From Escherichia coli (GTDB lineage Bacteria > Pseudomonadota > Gammaproteobacteria > Enterobacterales > Enterobacteriaceae), in NCBI RefSeq assembly GCF_044324875.1, contig NZ_CP172185.1: a DNA stretch of 64,000 nt. One strand, 5' to 3'. Below the pieces are notes generated by a model that saw only the letters and a list, made by a program, of their open reading frames with translations, was not told the DNA's origin and ran no database searches. The translations under genes were made by a program, and so were the position numbers. Position 1 is the stretch's first letter. Every line of letters starts with the position of its first letter. This document shows positions 50,449-60,825 of the stretch, piece after piece.

Positions 50449-50691
50449 ATGGCTATCTATATCGAAATAACAAAACATTATGAAACTCATGAAAAGGTCG
50501 CATATTTATATAGCTGCGACCATATTTCATGGGGAGAATTTCTGATCACCAAAGAAGGTTTTGCGCTGGAATCCGTGAAAGAACTTAAGGGTGAAAAGCA
50601 GAAATTTTATATGTTCAGAGCCTGGGGCAAAGTCAGGAGAGCATACTTAACCACGGGAGAATTTCCCCAGGAAACATGTTACGCCGCTTAA
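50449..50691 (+). CDS. Hypothetical 80-aa protein (start uncertain; track ORF starts at 50410 inside the pepD terminator hairpin)
   Basis: ORF only; no motif recognised; convergent with the DUF457 gene. Confidence 0.3.
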   Translation: MAIYIEITKHYETHEKVAYLYSCDHISWGEFLITKEGFALESVKELKGEKQKFYMFRAWGKVRRAYLTTGEFPQETCYAA

Positions 50692-50707
50692 AGTCAGAAT
50701 AATTTTT

Positions 50708-51217
50708 TCATGCATTTACCATTTTGGCATTACGCCTGCACCACATGGCAATGGCGGCAACCACTAATGCCAGTTCCAGTAAAAACGACCAGTGTAATAA
50801 AAAATTGAGCCACCACGGATGATGTACCGCCGTAATATGAAAGAATGCAAACGGTTGGTTAACGAAAGGCATCAGCCACCAGATATCACCGACCAGCGTA
50901 TCGAGTAATAAATGCGCGATACTATTCAGGCAAAACACCACGCCCAGCCACGCCGGAAGTTTATTCTTCGCAATTCCTGCCCAGACTAATGTCGCCGCCA
51001 GCAGAGCAAACCATAATAATGGCCAATGAGACGGGTAAAGATGATGATGTCGTTGCCCGTTATCAACCAGATAGCACCAAAAAAGATCAAAATCGGGCGC
51101 AACGGCCCCAAGTAAGCCAATAACCATCGCCCAGCGCGCATGACGAGCAATCAGTGGCAAGCGTTTCATTAAAGTACAAGTTATTAAATAACCAGCCGGA
51201 AGATGACCGATAAACAT
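50708..51217 (-). CDS. DUF457 (YdjM/YbcI-like) membrane-bound metal-dependent hydrolase family protein
   Basis: Starts MFIGHLPAGYLI; His-rich hydrophobic ORF; 61 bp downstream of prfH on the same strand. Confidence 0.55.
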   Translation of the reverse strand: MFIGHLPAGYLITCTLMKRLPLIARHARWAMVIGLLGAVAPDFDLFWCYLVDNGQRHHHLYPSHWPLLWFALLAATLVWAGIAKNKLPAWLGVVFCLNSIAHLLLDTLVGDIWWLMPFVNQPFAFFHITAVHHPWWLNFLLHWSFLLELALVVAAIAMWCRRNAKMVNA

Positions 51218-51278
51218 GACTATTCCTTTCGTTTTTCCCGCCGCTTTCATATAGAAAACGGCGGGAGACATTCCTCAA

Positions 51279-51893
51279 TTACACAGCGACAAAAGCCATC
51301 CCTGTAAACGTTCGTCGCGGGTTGCCACGTTCAATCTGGTGATGGAACATTCGCCGCTGCGATTTCAGCGCCGCGCTATTTTCCTGTTGCTGTTGCTCCA
51401 GCTTCCAGGCAATCAGCAATCGCGCCAGCCGTTTGTTGGCATGTTGGCTGCGCTCTGACTGAACCTTCACGCTAATCCCGGATGCCAGATGCGTGGCGCG
51501 TACCGCCGAGTCGGTTTTATTGACATGTTGACCGCCCGGCCCCGACGAACGCAGCGTCTCATAACGGATTGCATCCGATTGTTCCTGCTCATCAGCAGTA
51601 AAACGCCCAATGCCCAGAAACCAGTTTTTGCGCCCATGATGAGGCCGATACGGACTCGGACAAATCCACTGGATAGTGCCGCACCAACTTTCGCTTAATG
51701 CCCATGCGTTATCGCCATCCAGAGAAATCAGCGCTGAACGCAACGTGTCAGAGTAGCGACCCGTTTCTGTTTCCAGCACCGTTATCGCGACGTCTTGTCG
51801 GGTAGCTTCTTTAATCAACCTGTCCAGCGCCTTTTTCACTGCGAGGCAACATTCTTCCGGCCCCTGCGCTGAGGAGAGTTGTAGCAAGATCAT
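51279..51893 (-). CDS. prfH: Peptide chain release factor homolog PrfH, full length (204 aa)
   Basis: GGQ motif ([16 protein letters not shown]); ATG overlaps rtcB2 stop (ATGA). Confidence 0.85.
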   Translation of the reverse strand: MILLQLSSAQGPEECCLAVKKALDRLIKEATRQDVAITVLETETGRYSDTLRSALISLDGDNAWALSESWCGTIQWICPSPYRPHHGRKNWFLGIGRFTADEQEQSDAIRYETLRSSGPGGQHVNKTDSAVRATHLASGISVKVQSERSQHANKRLARLLIAWKLEQQQQENSAALKSQRRMFHHQIERGNPRRTFTGMAFVAV

Positions 51894-53041
51894 CCTTTTT
51901 TCCCTCCACTGTTTTTGAGCGTTAGCACCGGACGCAGCCGCGCGACAGGAATAATTAAACCGGCTTGCACCAGACATTGCACCACGCTTTCAGCCGATTT
52001 ATAGGCTTGTGGCGCTTCTTCAAAGATGAGTTGTTTATCGCGACAAATTACCCGACTGCCAAGTTCAGTACGCGAGAGTTGCGTCGCCGTGCATTTCGCT
52101 GCCAGACGCCCTTTACACTCGGTGCGCCCCCATTTACGCCCTGCCCCATGCGCCAGCGAGTGGAGCGTTTTTTCGTTCGCAACAGGCTGTACAAGCCAGG
52201 AGTAATCACCGCGTGAACCGGGAATAATCACCAGACCGTTGTCATCCGGCGTGGCACCTTTACGATGCAACCAACCCTGTTGATCGCCGATTTGGCACGC
52301 GCTAACAAAGTTATGCGCCACATCCAGAACCGGACTTCCGGTGGCCTTAACTTGTTGCATTATGCGCAAAGCAATCATCTGGCGATTAATACGCGCAAAC
52401 GCTAGCACATCGTCATGTTCCGCAATATACCGTAGCGCGTCGTCACTGCCTTCAGGCAAACCATGATGCGAAAACGAGGCAATATGCCGCTGTAAAATAG
52501 ACTGCCCCAACCCCCTCGAGCCGCTATGAACCAGCAGTTGCAGATGCTGCGCATCCAGACCTGCCAGTGCAAACAGTTCAGCGTCGATGATTTCATCAAC
52601 TTGTTGCAGTTCTGCGAAGTGGTTTCCGCCACCGATAGAGCCAAGCGAGCTGCGCCACGGATGCTGTGCAAATGCTGACGGCAGGTTTTCCTCCAGCCAG
52701 CTTTCTTCAGCAACGTCATCCAAAGCTGATAATCGCTTTTCAAACTTATCGGCGTTGTATTTGCGAGCGAGAATATCTGTTTGCCATAGCGCCATGCCGC
52801 AGCCGATATCATTGCCGACCAGTGCCGGGTAAAAACGGCCTGCGGAGAAGAACGCTGCGCCAATCGGGTAGCCGCGTCCGGGATGTAAATCTGGCATCCC
52901 TACTACGCGCTGCATGTTGGGTAAATTTGCCGTGGTGTGTAATTGTTGGATCGCTAAACTCTCGATCCACAGGTCATCAGATGCGATGGTAAATACCGCA
53001 TCGGATAAGGGACGAATATATTTGCCCATAAACCATTCCAT
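51890..53041 (-). CDS. rtcB2: RtcB-family RNA ligase paralog RtcB2, full length (start may be 53029)
   Basis: RtcB motifs ([38 protein letters not shown]). Confidence 0.8.
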   Translation of the reverse strand: MEWFMGKYIRPLSDAVFTIASDDLWIESLAIQQLHTTANLPNMQRVVGMPDLHPGRGYPIGAAFFSAGRFYPALVGNDIGCGMALWQTDILARKYNADKFEKRLSALDDVAEESWLEENLPSAFAQHPWRSSLGSIGGGNHFAELQQVDEIIDAELFALAGLDAQHLQLLVHSGSRGLGQSILQRHIASFSHHGLPEGSDDALRYIAEHDDVLAFARINRQMIALRIMQQVKATGSPVLDVAHNFVSACQIGDQQGWLHRKGATPDDNGLVIIPGSRGDYSWLVQPVANEKTLHSLAHGAGRKWGRTECKGRLAAKCTATQLSRTELGSRVICRDKQLIFEEAPQAYKSAESVVQCLVQAGLIIPVARLRPVLTLKNSGGKKG

Positions 53042-53219
53042 TTATGAATAAAAATCAGGAAATGGCAGACGAATCCAGGGCAAGAAAAAAAGAATTAATC
53101 CTGGAAAGGTCTGCAAAGAGTCATTGATAAAGGATTTGTCATGATTTACCTCCTTGCAGTTTGTGGAATAAGAAAACGCGCACATACTAGGCGGGCGTTA
53201 TTTTCATTGCAAGCTGGAT

Positions 53220-53672
53220 TTAATGTTGCGGTTTATATCGCATATAAAAATTAGTAAACCACGCTCCCCGGCATTCAACGCACTGCTGCTTAACTGTCTG
53301 AAAACCATAACGTTCAAAAAAGGGCTTTGCGGTTATGCTGGCGTCCACCGTAAGTTCGGATTCAGACTTAATCAAAGGTTTTAACAAAGCGCTGGCAACC
53401 CCACGGCGGGTGTATTCAGGGTCAACAAATAACATATCGATATAATGTTCAATGCGGGAAATAAAACCAACCGGTTGTGCATTAATGACTGCAACCCGCA
53501 CTTGTGATTTCGCGAGTTTATCTTTCCAGCGAGATTCGTCAATCTGCGCCCAGGCGGCAATTTGCTGTGGAGAATAGTGCTGACTGGCAGTCATCGTAAC
53601 CGCTCGAAGGAAAATAGCGCATAGTTGCTGAAAATCGCCAGGCTGATAGTTTCTTATATGTATGTTATTCAT
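53220..53672 (-). CDS. yafP: GNAT-family N-acetyltransferase
   Basis: 150-aa ORF; last gene of dinB operon. Confidence 0.85.
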   Translation of the reverse strand: MNNIHIRNYQPGDFQQLCAIFLRAVTMTASQHYSPQQIAAWAQIDESRWKDKLAKSQVRVAVINAQPVGFISRIEHYIDMLFVDPEYTRRGVASALLKPLIKSESELTVDASITAKPFFERYGFQTVKQQCVECRGAWFTNFYMRYKPQH

Positions 53673-53684
53673 AATATAAATTCA

Positions 53685-54080
53685 AAAACGCATGCGAAAC
53701 GCTTCTGCCATTTTCCCAATTTTATGCATTTGGTTGTTATCTCGAGCCAGTTTATGAGGTTCAGGTTTCAGAATGGCAATGAGCAACCATGCTTGCTCAT
53801 CAAACGCACCCTGACAATATACCAAATGCGCTTCGTCATTCGTTCTGCTGAATTGGCGCAACTGTGGCGGAAATGGATTATTCTAATTTGCCAGATGAAT
53901 ATGAGCAACTCGCTCAAATTTGATTAATGGCCAGGTAAACGAGTCGTCGTAGAGTGCATCGCGACCAAATATATCTGGCAAAACACCGTCACGCTTATAG
54001 GAAATAAAATCCGCCGTTAACGCTTCAAGTTCCTCTGCTGTAAGTTGCAGGCGAATGAGTTTTGTTTTGAATACCCGCAT
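53685..54080 (-). pseudogene. yafO: YafO toxin gene with in-frame amber codon at codon 66 (65 + 66 sense codons either side of TAG)
   Basis: MRVFKTKLIRLQ...IHLAN then TAG at 53883..53885, then same-frame NNPFPPQL...AEAFRMRF*; total 132 codons. Confidence 0.7.
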
Positions 54081-54082
54081 CC

Positions 54083-54376
54083 TTATTCCTTAAAGTCATT
54101 GAAATCATCATCCGTCATATCATTAAGATATTTTTCAGCTCGGCGTGTAATTTCCTCTAATCTTGCAGCACTTGGACGGAAGCGCGCCTTTATAGGCTTT
54201 TTCTCCTCTTGTTCAGTAAGCATGTCCATTAACGCTTCGAATGCGCTGGCACTTAAGAGATATCCTGCGGGGCGATTATTAGAAAGAACCGCAACTGGTT
54301 GATCAATAAAGTATTTAGCTGGGTTTTTACGTAACTCAGTGATATTGACCGATTTTTCCGCAAGAATTCGATGCAT
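54083..54376 (-). CDS. yafN: Antitoxin YafN
   Basis: 97-aa Phd/YefM-type ORF directly upstream of yafO. Confidence 0.85.
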   Translation of the reverse strand: MHRILAEKSVNITELRKNPAKYFIDQPVAVLSNNRPAGYLLSASAFEALMDMLTEQEEKKPIKARFRPSAARLEEITRRAEKYLNDMTDDDFNDFKE

Positions 54377-54427
54377 ACAGTGATCCCCTCATAATAATGC
54401 ACACCAGAATAGACATAATAGTATACA

Positions 54428-55483
54428 TCATAATCCCAGCACCAGTTGTCTTTCCATTTGAGGGTCAAGCAACGTCACATGCAGCCCCACCAGTCGCACA
54501 CCGCGCCCGCCGCGGCGTTCATCCCAGGTTTTACGCGCGGTGGCGATTAGATCAGCTTTATTCAGCCGTGGCCAGACGTGCTCCTGAGTGGTTTGCTGGA
54601 AATCGTCGAACTTTAATTTCACTCCCTGACGGGCAATCAGTAAATCAGGTTTTACCTTTGCCAGACGGCGTTCAAGTTCCGGGTACAGCCGCTCGATAAT
54701 CGCTTCACATTCAGACCAGTGATGAATATCTTCCGCCATCGTGCGTTCCACGCCGACGGATTTTCGCAACCGTTCGCTGTTAACGTCGCGCTCGTCAATC
54801 CCCTGACTACGCTCCCACAAAATGCGGCCAAATTTGCCAAAACGTTTGAGCAGAGTCACCAGATCACACTTTTGCACATCACCGCAGGTCCGCAGCCCCA
54901 TCGCTTCCAGTTTTGCCGCCGAGACTTTGCCGACGCCAGGAATTTTTGCCAGCGGTAAGGTTTGCAGAAATGCCGGAACTTCTGCCGGAGTAATCACAAA
55001 CTGACCGTTGGGTTTATTCATGTCGGAAGCGATTTTAGCGAGAAACTTTACCGGCGCAACGCCCGCAGACGCCGTCAGTTGCAGCTCGTTGAAGATTGTC
55101 TGGCGGATTTCCTGGGCGATGAGGGTCGCAGAACCGTGGCAATGCACACTATCGGTGACGTCGAGATAGGCTTCATCCAGTGATAACGGTTCAATGCGCG
55201 AGGTATAGCGCGAGAAAATTTCGCGGATATGATTTGAGGCTTCTTTGTAGGCGTCAAAGCGCCCTGGAAGCAGCGTGAGATGTGGGCAAAATTTGAGCGC
55301 CATCCCTGTCGGCATAGCGCTACGTACGCCAAATTTACGCGCGGGATAATTGGCGGTGCTGATCACCCCCCGACGTTCGCGGCTGCCGCCAATAGCAATA
55401 GGGATATCGCGCAGGGCAGGATTGTCGCGCATCTCCACCGCTGCGAAAAAGCAGTCCATATCCACATGAATGATTTTACGCAT
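54428..55483 (-). CDS. dinB: DNA polymerase IV
   Basis: 351-aa Y-family polymerase ([17 protein letters not shown]). Confidence 0.95.
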   Translation of the reverse strand: MRKIIHVDMDCFFAAVEMRDNPALRDIPIAIGGSRERRGVISTANYPARKFGVRSAMPTGMALKFCPHLTLLPGRFDAYKEASNHIREIFSRYTSRIEPLSLDEAYLDVTDSVHCHGSATLIAQEIRQTIFNELQLTASAGVAPVKFLAKIASDMNKPNGQFVITPAEVPAFLQTLPLAKIPGVGKVSAAKLEAMGLRTCGDVQKCDLVTLLKRFGKFGRILWERSQGIDERDVNSERLRKSVGVERTMAEDIHHWSECEAIIERLYPELERRLAKVKPDLLIARQGVKLKFDDFQQTTQEHVWPRLNKADLIATARKTWDERRGGRGVRLVGLHVTLLDPQMERQLVLGL

Positions 55484-55497
55484 TGCTCACCTCTCAA

Positions 55498-55517
55498 CAC
55501 TGGTAAAGTATACAGTG
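55498..55517. promoter_or_regulatory. LexA box upstream of dinB
   Basis: cactggtaaagtatacagtg = CTGT-N8-ACAG palindrome 15 bp before the dinB start. Confidence 0.75.
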
Positions 55518-55553
55518 ATTTCAGAGTTTGAGAAATGCATAAAGATTCAGCAT

Positions 55554-56300
55554 TTAACGCGTTCGCTGCGAAAGCACCTGCTGCTTATCCAGCTTTTGCA
55601 CCAGCGGTTGCACCACTTTATCCCCATGCTGACCAAAGTATTGATACAGCGTATCGGACGCACTTTTGGTCAGCACCATAATCTCAATGCGCCGGTTGCC
55701 CGCGCTTTGCGGATTTTTGGCATCCAGCAGCATCTGGTCCGCCATTGCACTTACCTGCATCACTTTATCTTCCGGCATTCCGGCCTCTTCCAGCACCCGA
55801 CGAGCTGAAAGCGCGCGATCGCCCGAAAGGTTCCAGTTGTTGTAGATATTGTTTTTGTAGGCCATCGCATCGGTATGCCCGGTGATGATGATCTTATTGT
55901 CGAGCGAATCAAAAACCGGTGCTAACTCCACCAGCAAAGTTTTAAAGAACGGCATAATCTGCGCGCTGCCGCGTTCAAACATATTGCGGTTCTGGTCATC
56001 TTTAATCAGCACGCGCAGTCCCTGGGGAACAATCTCCATCTCCAGATTCGCTTCCATATGCGCATCACGGGCAATGGTGTTGATACTGGTTGCCAGCTCG
56101 CCAAGCTCAGTAGCGGATTTCTTCTTCAGCAGCGCCGTTTTCTCGTTGACGTCATGCGCTTTTTTCTCCGTCTCTTCCGGCACCGCCACGGTGGCAGGTT
56201 TTGGCGGATGAGACGGTCTGATTTTATTTAACGGCGACAGCCCGCCACCGTTAAAAATCGACTGCCCGTGCAGCGCGGCGATAATGCTTTCACGCTCGGA
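55554..56300 (-). pseudogene. lafU: 3' remnant of a lateral-flagellar MotB-like gene (OmpA-like domain only; junction approximate)
   Basis: ...NWNLSGDRALSARRVLEEAGMP... peptidoglycan-binding domain; no N-terminal transmembrane segment; upstream part of ORF is antisense to the fhiA remnant. Confidence 0.65.
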
Positions 56301-56309
56301 TTTACTGAC

Positions 56310-58023
56310 GCTGTTGACAATCAACTTTATCGTCGTCACCAAAGGGGCCGAGCGTATTTCCGAGGTTTCTGCCCGCTTTACCTTAGACGCGATGCCTGGC
56401 AAACAGATGGCGATTGACGCCGATCTTAACGCCGGGTTGATCAACCAGGCGCAGGCGCAAACCCGGCGCAAAGATGTTGCCAGCGAGGCCGATTTCTACG
56501 GCGCGATGGACGGGGCATCGAAGTTTGTGCGCGGGGATGCCATCGCCGGGATGATGATTCTGGCGATCAACCTGATCGGCGGCGTCTGTATCGGGATCTT
56601 CAAATACAACCTGAGCGCCGACGCCGCCTTCCAGCAGTATGTACTGATGACCATCGGCGACGGGCTGGTGGCGCAGATCCCTTCTCTGCTGCTCTCCACC
56701 GCAGCGGCGATTATCGTCACCCGCGTCAGCGACAACGGCGATATCGCCCATGATGTGCGCCACCAGCTGCTGGCAAGCCCGTCGGTGCTCTACACCGCCA
56801 CCGGGATCATGTTTGTGCTGGCGGTTGTGCCGGGGATGCCGCATCTGCCGTTTTTGCTGTTCAGCGCCCTGCTTGGTTTTACCGGCTGGCGGATGAGCAA
56901 ACGCCCGCAGGCGGCGGAGGCGGAAGAGAAAAGCCTCGAAACACTGACCCGAACCATCACCGAAACCAGCGAGCAACAGGTCAGTTGGGAAACTATTCCG
57001 CTGATCGAGCCCATCAGCTTAAGCCTCGGCTACAAGCTGGTGGCGCTGGTGGACAAAGCACAGGGTAACCCGCTCACCCAGCGGATTCGCGGCGTGCGGC
57101 AGGTGATTTCTGACGGCAACGGCGTGCTGCTGCCGGAGATCCGCATTCGGGAAAACTTCCGCCTCAAGCCCAGCCAGTACGCCATTTTCATCAATGGCAT
57201 TAAGGCTGATGAAGCGGATATTCCGGCGGATAAACTGATGGCCCTGCCCTCCAGCGAAACCTACGGCGAGATTGACGGCGTGCTGGGGAACGACCCGGCG
57301 TACGGGATGCCGGTGACCTGGATCCAGCCCGCGCAGAAAGCGAAGGCGCTGAATATGGGGTATCAGGTGATCGACAGCGCCAGCGTGATTGCCACCCATG
57401 TGAACAAGATTGTCCGCAGCTATATTCCTGATTTGTTTAACTATGATGACATCACGCAGTTGCATAACCGTTTGTCGTCGATGGCACCGCGCCTGGCGGA
57501 AGATTTGAGCGCGGCGCTCAATTACAGCCAATTGCTGAAAGTGTACCGGGCGCTGCTGACCGAAGGCGTTTCCCTGCGCGATATTGTCACCATCGCCACC
57601 GTGCTGGTCGCCAGTAGCACAGTGACCAAAGATCATATCCTGCTGGCGGCCGATGTGCGCCTGGCATTGCGGCGCAGCATTACCCATCCGTTCGTTCGCA
57701 AGCAGGAGCTGACGGTGTATACGCTGAATAATGAGCTGGAAAATCTGCTCACCAACGTGGTGAATCAGGCGCAACAGGGCGGGAAAGTGATGCTCGACAG
57801 CGTGCCGGTTGACCCGAATATGCTCAACCAGTTCCAGAGTACGATGCCGCAGGTGAAGGAGCAGATGAAAGCAGCGGGGAAAGCCCCTGTGCTGCTGGTG
57901 CCGCCGCAGCTGCGTCCTTTGCTGGCGCGTTATGCAAGGTTGTTTGCGCCGGGTCTGCATGTGCTGTCGTATAACGAAGTGCCGGATGAGCTGGAGTTGA
58001 AGATTATGGGGGCGTTGAGTTGA
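56310..58023 (+). pseudogene. fhiA: 5'-truncated FlhA-family flagellar export gate gene (about 130 N-terminal codons missing; junction approximate)
   Basis: FlhA motifs from ...VTKGAERISEVSARFTLDAMPGKQMAIDADL to C-terminus; ORF begins without transmembrane segments 1-3. Confidence 0.65.
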
Positions 58024-58029
58024 TGGCCT

Positions 58030-58360
58030 TTGGGGCGAATCCGGCATCGGTGCACAATTGCCGGATGCGGCGTGAACGCCTTATCCGGCCTACCGATCCG
58101 GCACAAGTTTGTAGGCATGATAAGACGCGTCAGCGTCGCATCAGGCATCTGCGCACAATTGCCGGATGCGGTGTGAACGCCTTATCCAGCCCACCGATCC
58201 GGCACAGGTTTGTAGGCATGATAAGACGCGCCAGCGTCGCATCAGGCACCGGTGCACAATTGCCGGATGCGGTGTGAACGCCTTATCCGGCCCACCGATC
58301 CGGCACAAGTTTGTAGGCATGATAAGACGCGCCTGCGTCGCATCAGGCATCCGCGCACAA
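58030..58360. repeat. Tandem REP/BIME array, about 3.3 copies of a 92-101 bp unit
   Basis: Repeated gcacaattgccggatgcgg(c/t)gtgaacgccttatccggcc...tgtaggcatgataagacgcg...cgtcgcatcaggca. Confidence 0.85.
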
Positions 58361-58858
58361 TTATAAAATAATACGCTCCCCGGCACTAAAATCCGTTATG
58401 TCTCCCGCCCAATCAATGGGATATAACCCTCGCGCTACATCGCGATGGAACGTTGAGAATGGCCAATCACTCACCTGCTTTACCCAGCCATGTTTCACTG
58501 GATTTATATAAATATAATCAACATGATGGCGATAATCTTTTGTATTGCGAATGGCATGCTCCCAAAAACGCGGTTGCCAGATATTTTTCAATCCGCAAGC
58601 ATGGGTGAACTGCTTTTTAATCTCCCGCCAGCGAGAGGAAAAATCATCATCGCTTTCGGGTAATGTCCAGATACAGTGCATATGCTCTGGCAAAACTACC
58701 CAGGCGTTAATTTCAAAAGGTCTGGCCTGCTTAACTTTAATAATGGCGTTACGGAGTGTCTGGTACTGGGTGGTCAAAAGTTGGCTTCGACGATTCCGTA
58801 AATTTACCGTGAAAAACCATGTTCCCCCCTTGATGTAATAACGACGATATTCAGACAT
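58361..58858 (-). CDS. rayT: REP-associated tyrosine transposase (RAYT)
   Basis: HuH motif (HMHCI) and catalytic Tyr region; flanked on both sides by REP sequences. Confidence 0.75.
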   Translation of the reverse strand: MSEYRRYYIKGGTWFFTVNLRNRRSQLLTTQYQTLRNAIIKVKQARPFEINAWVVLPEHMHCIWTLPESDDDFSSRWREIKKQFTHACGLKNIWQPRFWEHAIRNTKDYRHHVDYIYINPVKHGWVKQVSDWPFSTFHRDVARGLYPIDWAGDITDFSAGERIIL

Positions 58859-58952
58859 GGCGACTCCTTTTTCTCAACGATAAGAAGAAAAGGAAAAGTC
58901 GACAATGAAGTTGTGTTATATCGGGAAAGCAGCTCGCAAAAAATTCGCAGAC

Positions 58953-59034
58953 TCGTAGGCATGATAAGACGCGGCAGCGTCGCATCAGGCATCGGTGCAC
59001 TATTGCCGGATGCGGCGTGAACGCCTTATCCGTC
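58953..59034. repeat. REP/BIME element
   Basis: tgtaggcatgataagacgcggcagcgtcgcatcaggcat...gccggatgcggcgtgaacgccttatccg. Confidence 0.8.
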
Positions 59035-59784
59035 CTACAAAATCGTCTCTTCCGTCAAAATCCTGCGCGCGCCTAAAAAATGATCCTGCCAGAAAGGTTC
59101 AGCTAACCGACTTACCCGAATGGTTTCCCCGGTGCGCGGCGACTCGATAAACTGACCGTCTCCCAGATACACGCCCATATGATCGGCAATCTCACGGCTG
59201 TGAATATGGAAAAACAGCAAATCTCCCCGGCGCAGGTCGTTATTCGCCACAATCGTTGCCCGATGGTAGTGATACATCTCATTGGCCGTGCGCGGGAGCT
59301 TCGCCTCGAGGATCTTGTTGTAGGCATAAAAAACCAACCCGCTACAGTCGAAGCCTTGATCGGGCCGCGTGCCGCCCCAGACGTAAGGCTTACCAAGCTG
59401 CTGCTCCAGGCGGTGAATCGCCACTTCGGTGATGTTGTGCAGATGGTCGCTGCTTAAGAAATGGTTGTTCTCCGCCAGCGCCTGCCAGCGTCTGTCACTC
59501 GCCTTGAGCGGCGCAGGAAACCATTCTGGATGCTGTTTTATCTGTTCGCGGTTGTGCTGGCGCAGCGCCTTTCTGCTTTCGGCATTGCCTTCCACAATAT
59601 AGCTGGCCTGTTTTTTCAGATGGGTTTGGTACTGTTTTAATAAACGCGCACGGTTTTGCATCCGCTGGCGGGCGGCGTAGCTGAAAGAGATATGTGATGT
59701 GGTGGCGCTGGCGAGTAAAGGGAGCAAAACGCATAACGAAAACACGCCTGGATGCAGAAATCTGCCGTGAAAGAACGAAGACAT
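59035..59784 (-). CDS. yafL: NlpC/P60-family putative lipoprotein peptidase (249 aa)
   Basis: NlpC/P60 motifs (WGGT...GFDCSGLV, HMGVYLGDGQFIES). Confidence 0.8.
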   Translation of the reverse strand: MSSFFHGRFLHPGVFSLCVLLPLLASATTSHISFSYAARQRMQNRARLLKQYQTHLKKQASYIVEGNAESRKALRQHNREQIKQHPEWFPAPLKASDRRWQALAENNHFLSSDHLHNITEVAIHRLEQQLGKPYVWGGTRPDQGFDCSGLVFYAYNKILEAKLPRTANEMYHYHRATIVANNDLRRGDLLFFHIHSREIADHMGVYLGDGQFIESPRTGETIRVSRLAEPFWQDHFLGARRILTEETIL

Positions 59785-60084
59785 GAAGGACATAAACCGG
59801 CTGAATGAAGGGGAGAATTTTAAAAGACCGGAGGAGTAAGCGGGATTATTAATTGCTTATTTGCATATTACTATTGAGGTTTCATAATCTTAGGAAATAA
59901 ATGATACATGCGCTTTTCGGACTAATGAAAACTGCCCCTGTGCTAAATTTGTAAACCCTGCGCCGACAGGCTTGCGTAAAACTCTTTTGGTGATAATGTG
60001 AGCCTTCCAAATCCAGACTATTCCGATTTGGGATCCATTTTGCCGTCCTGGCGTGTGTAACCGTTTTATCAAGGAATAAGCAGT

Positions 60085-60825
60085 ATGCGTAAAATCGCAT
60101 TAATTCTTGCGATGTTGTTGATCCCGTGCGTTTCGTTTGCCGGTTTGCTGGGCAGCAGTAGCTCGACCACGCCAGTGAGCAAAGAGTATAAGCAGCAGTT
60201 GATGGGATCCCCTGTCTACATCCAGATCTTCAAGGAAGAACGTACGCTCGATCTCTACGTCAAAATGGGCGAGCAATATCAACTGCTCGACAGCTATAAA
60301 ATCTGTAAATATTCCGGCGGCTTAGGACCAAAACAGCGTCAGGGCGATTTCAAAAGCCCGGAAGGGTTTTATAGCGTCCAGCGTAATCAGTTAAAACCAG
60401 ACAGCCGTTACTACAAAGCGATTAATATTGGATTCCCCAATGCCTATGACCGTGCGCATGGTTATGAAGGGAAATACCTGATGATCCACGGCGATTGTGT
60501 TTCCATCGGCTGCTACGCGATGACCAATCAGGGTATTGATGAGATCTTCCAGTTCGTTACTGGTGCGCTGGTGTTTGGTCAGCCGAGCGTGCAAGTGAGT
60601 ATTTACCCGTTCCGTATGACCGACGCTAATATGAAGCGCCATAAGTATTCCAACTTTAAGGACTTCTGGGAGCAACTGAAACCGGGCTACGACTACTTTG
60701 AGCAAACCCGTAAGCCACCGACCGTTTCTGTGGTCAATGGCCGTTACGTGGTCAGCAAGCCGTTAAGCCACGAAGTTGTGCAACCACAGCTGGCATCAAA
60801 CTACACGCTCCCCGAGGCAAAATAA
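60085..60825 (+). CDS. yafK: YkuD-fold L,D-transpeptidase-like protein
   Basis: Signal peptide; [13 protein letters not shown] catalytic Cys motif. Confidence 0.85.
   Translation: MRKIALILAMLLIPCVSFAGLLGSSSSTTPVSKEYKQQLMGSPVYIQIFKEERTLDLYVKMGEQYQLLDSYKICKYSGGLGPKQRQGDFKSPEGFYSVQRNQLKPDSRYYKAINIGFPNAYDRAHGYEGKYLMIHGDCVSIGCYAMTNQGIDEIFQFVTGALVFGQPSVQVSIYPFRMTDANMKRHKYSNFKDFWEQLKPGYDYFEQTRKPPTVSVVNGRYVVSKPLSHEVVQPQLASNYTLPEAK

Noticed and set aside
53141-53254. 37-codon plus-strand ORF (MIYLLAVCGIRKRAH...) with an AAGGA site
   Set aside because: Overlaps the minus-strand candidate leader ORF and the yafP 3' end; the minus-strand reading has the much stronger ribosome-binding site and fits the operon orientation
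57019-58047. 342-aa ORF on the minus strand, rich in Arg, His and Gln
   Set aside because: Entirely antisense to the fhiA (FlhA-like) coding sequence; composition typical of an antisense artefact in GC-rich coding DNA
58030-58360. Regularly spaced repeats that could look like a CRISPR array
   Set aside because: Units are about 97 bp, contain known REP palindromes and have no unique spacers or cas genes; they are BIME/REP elements
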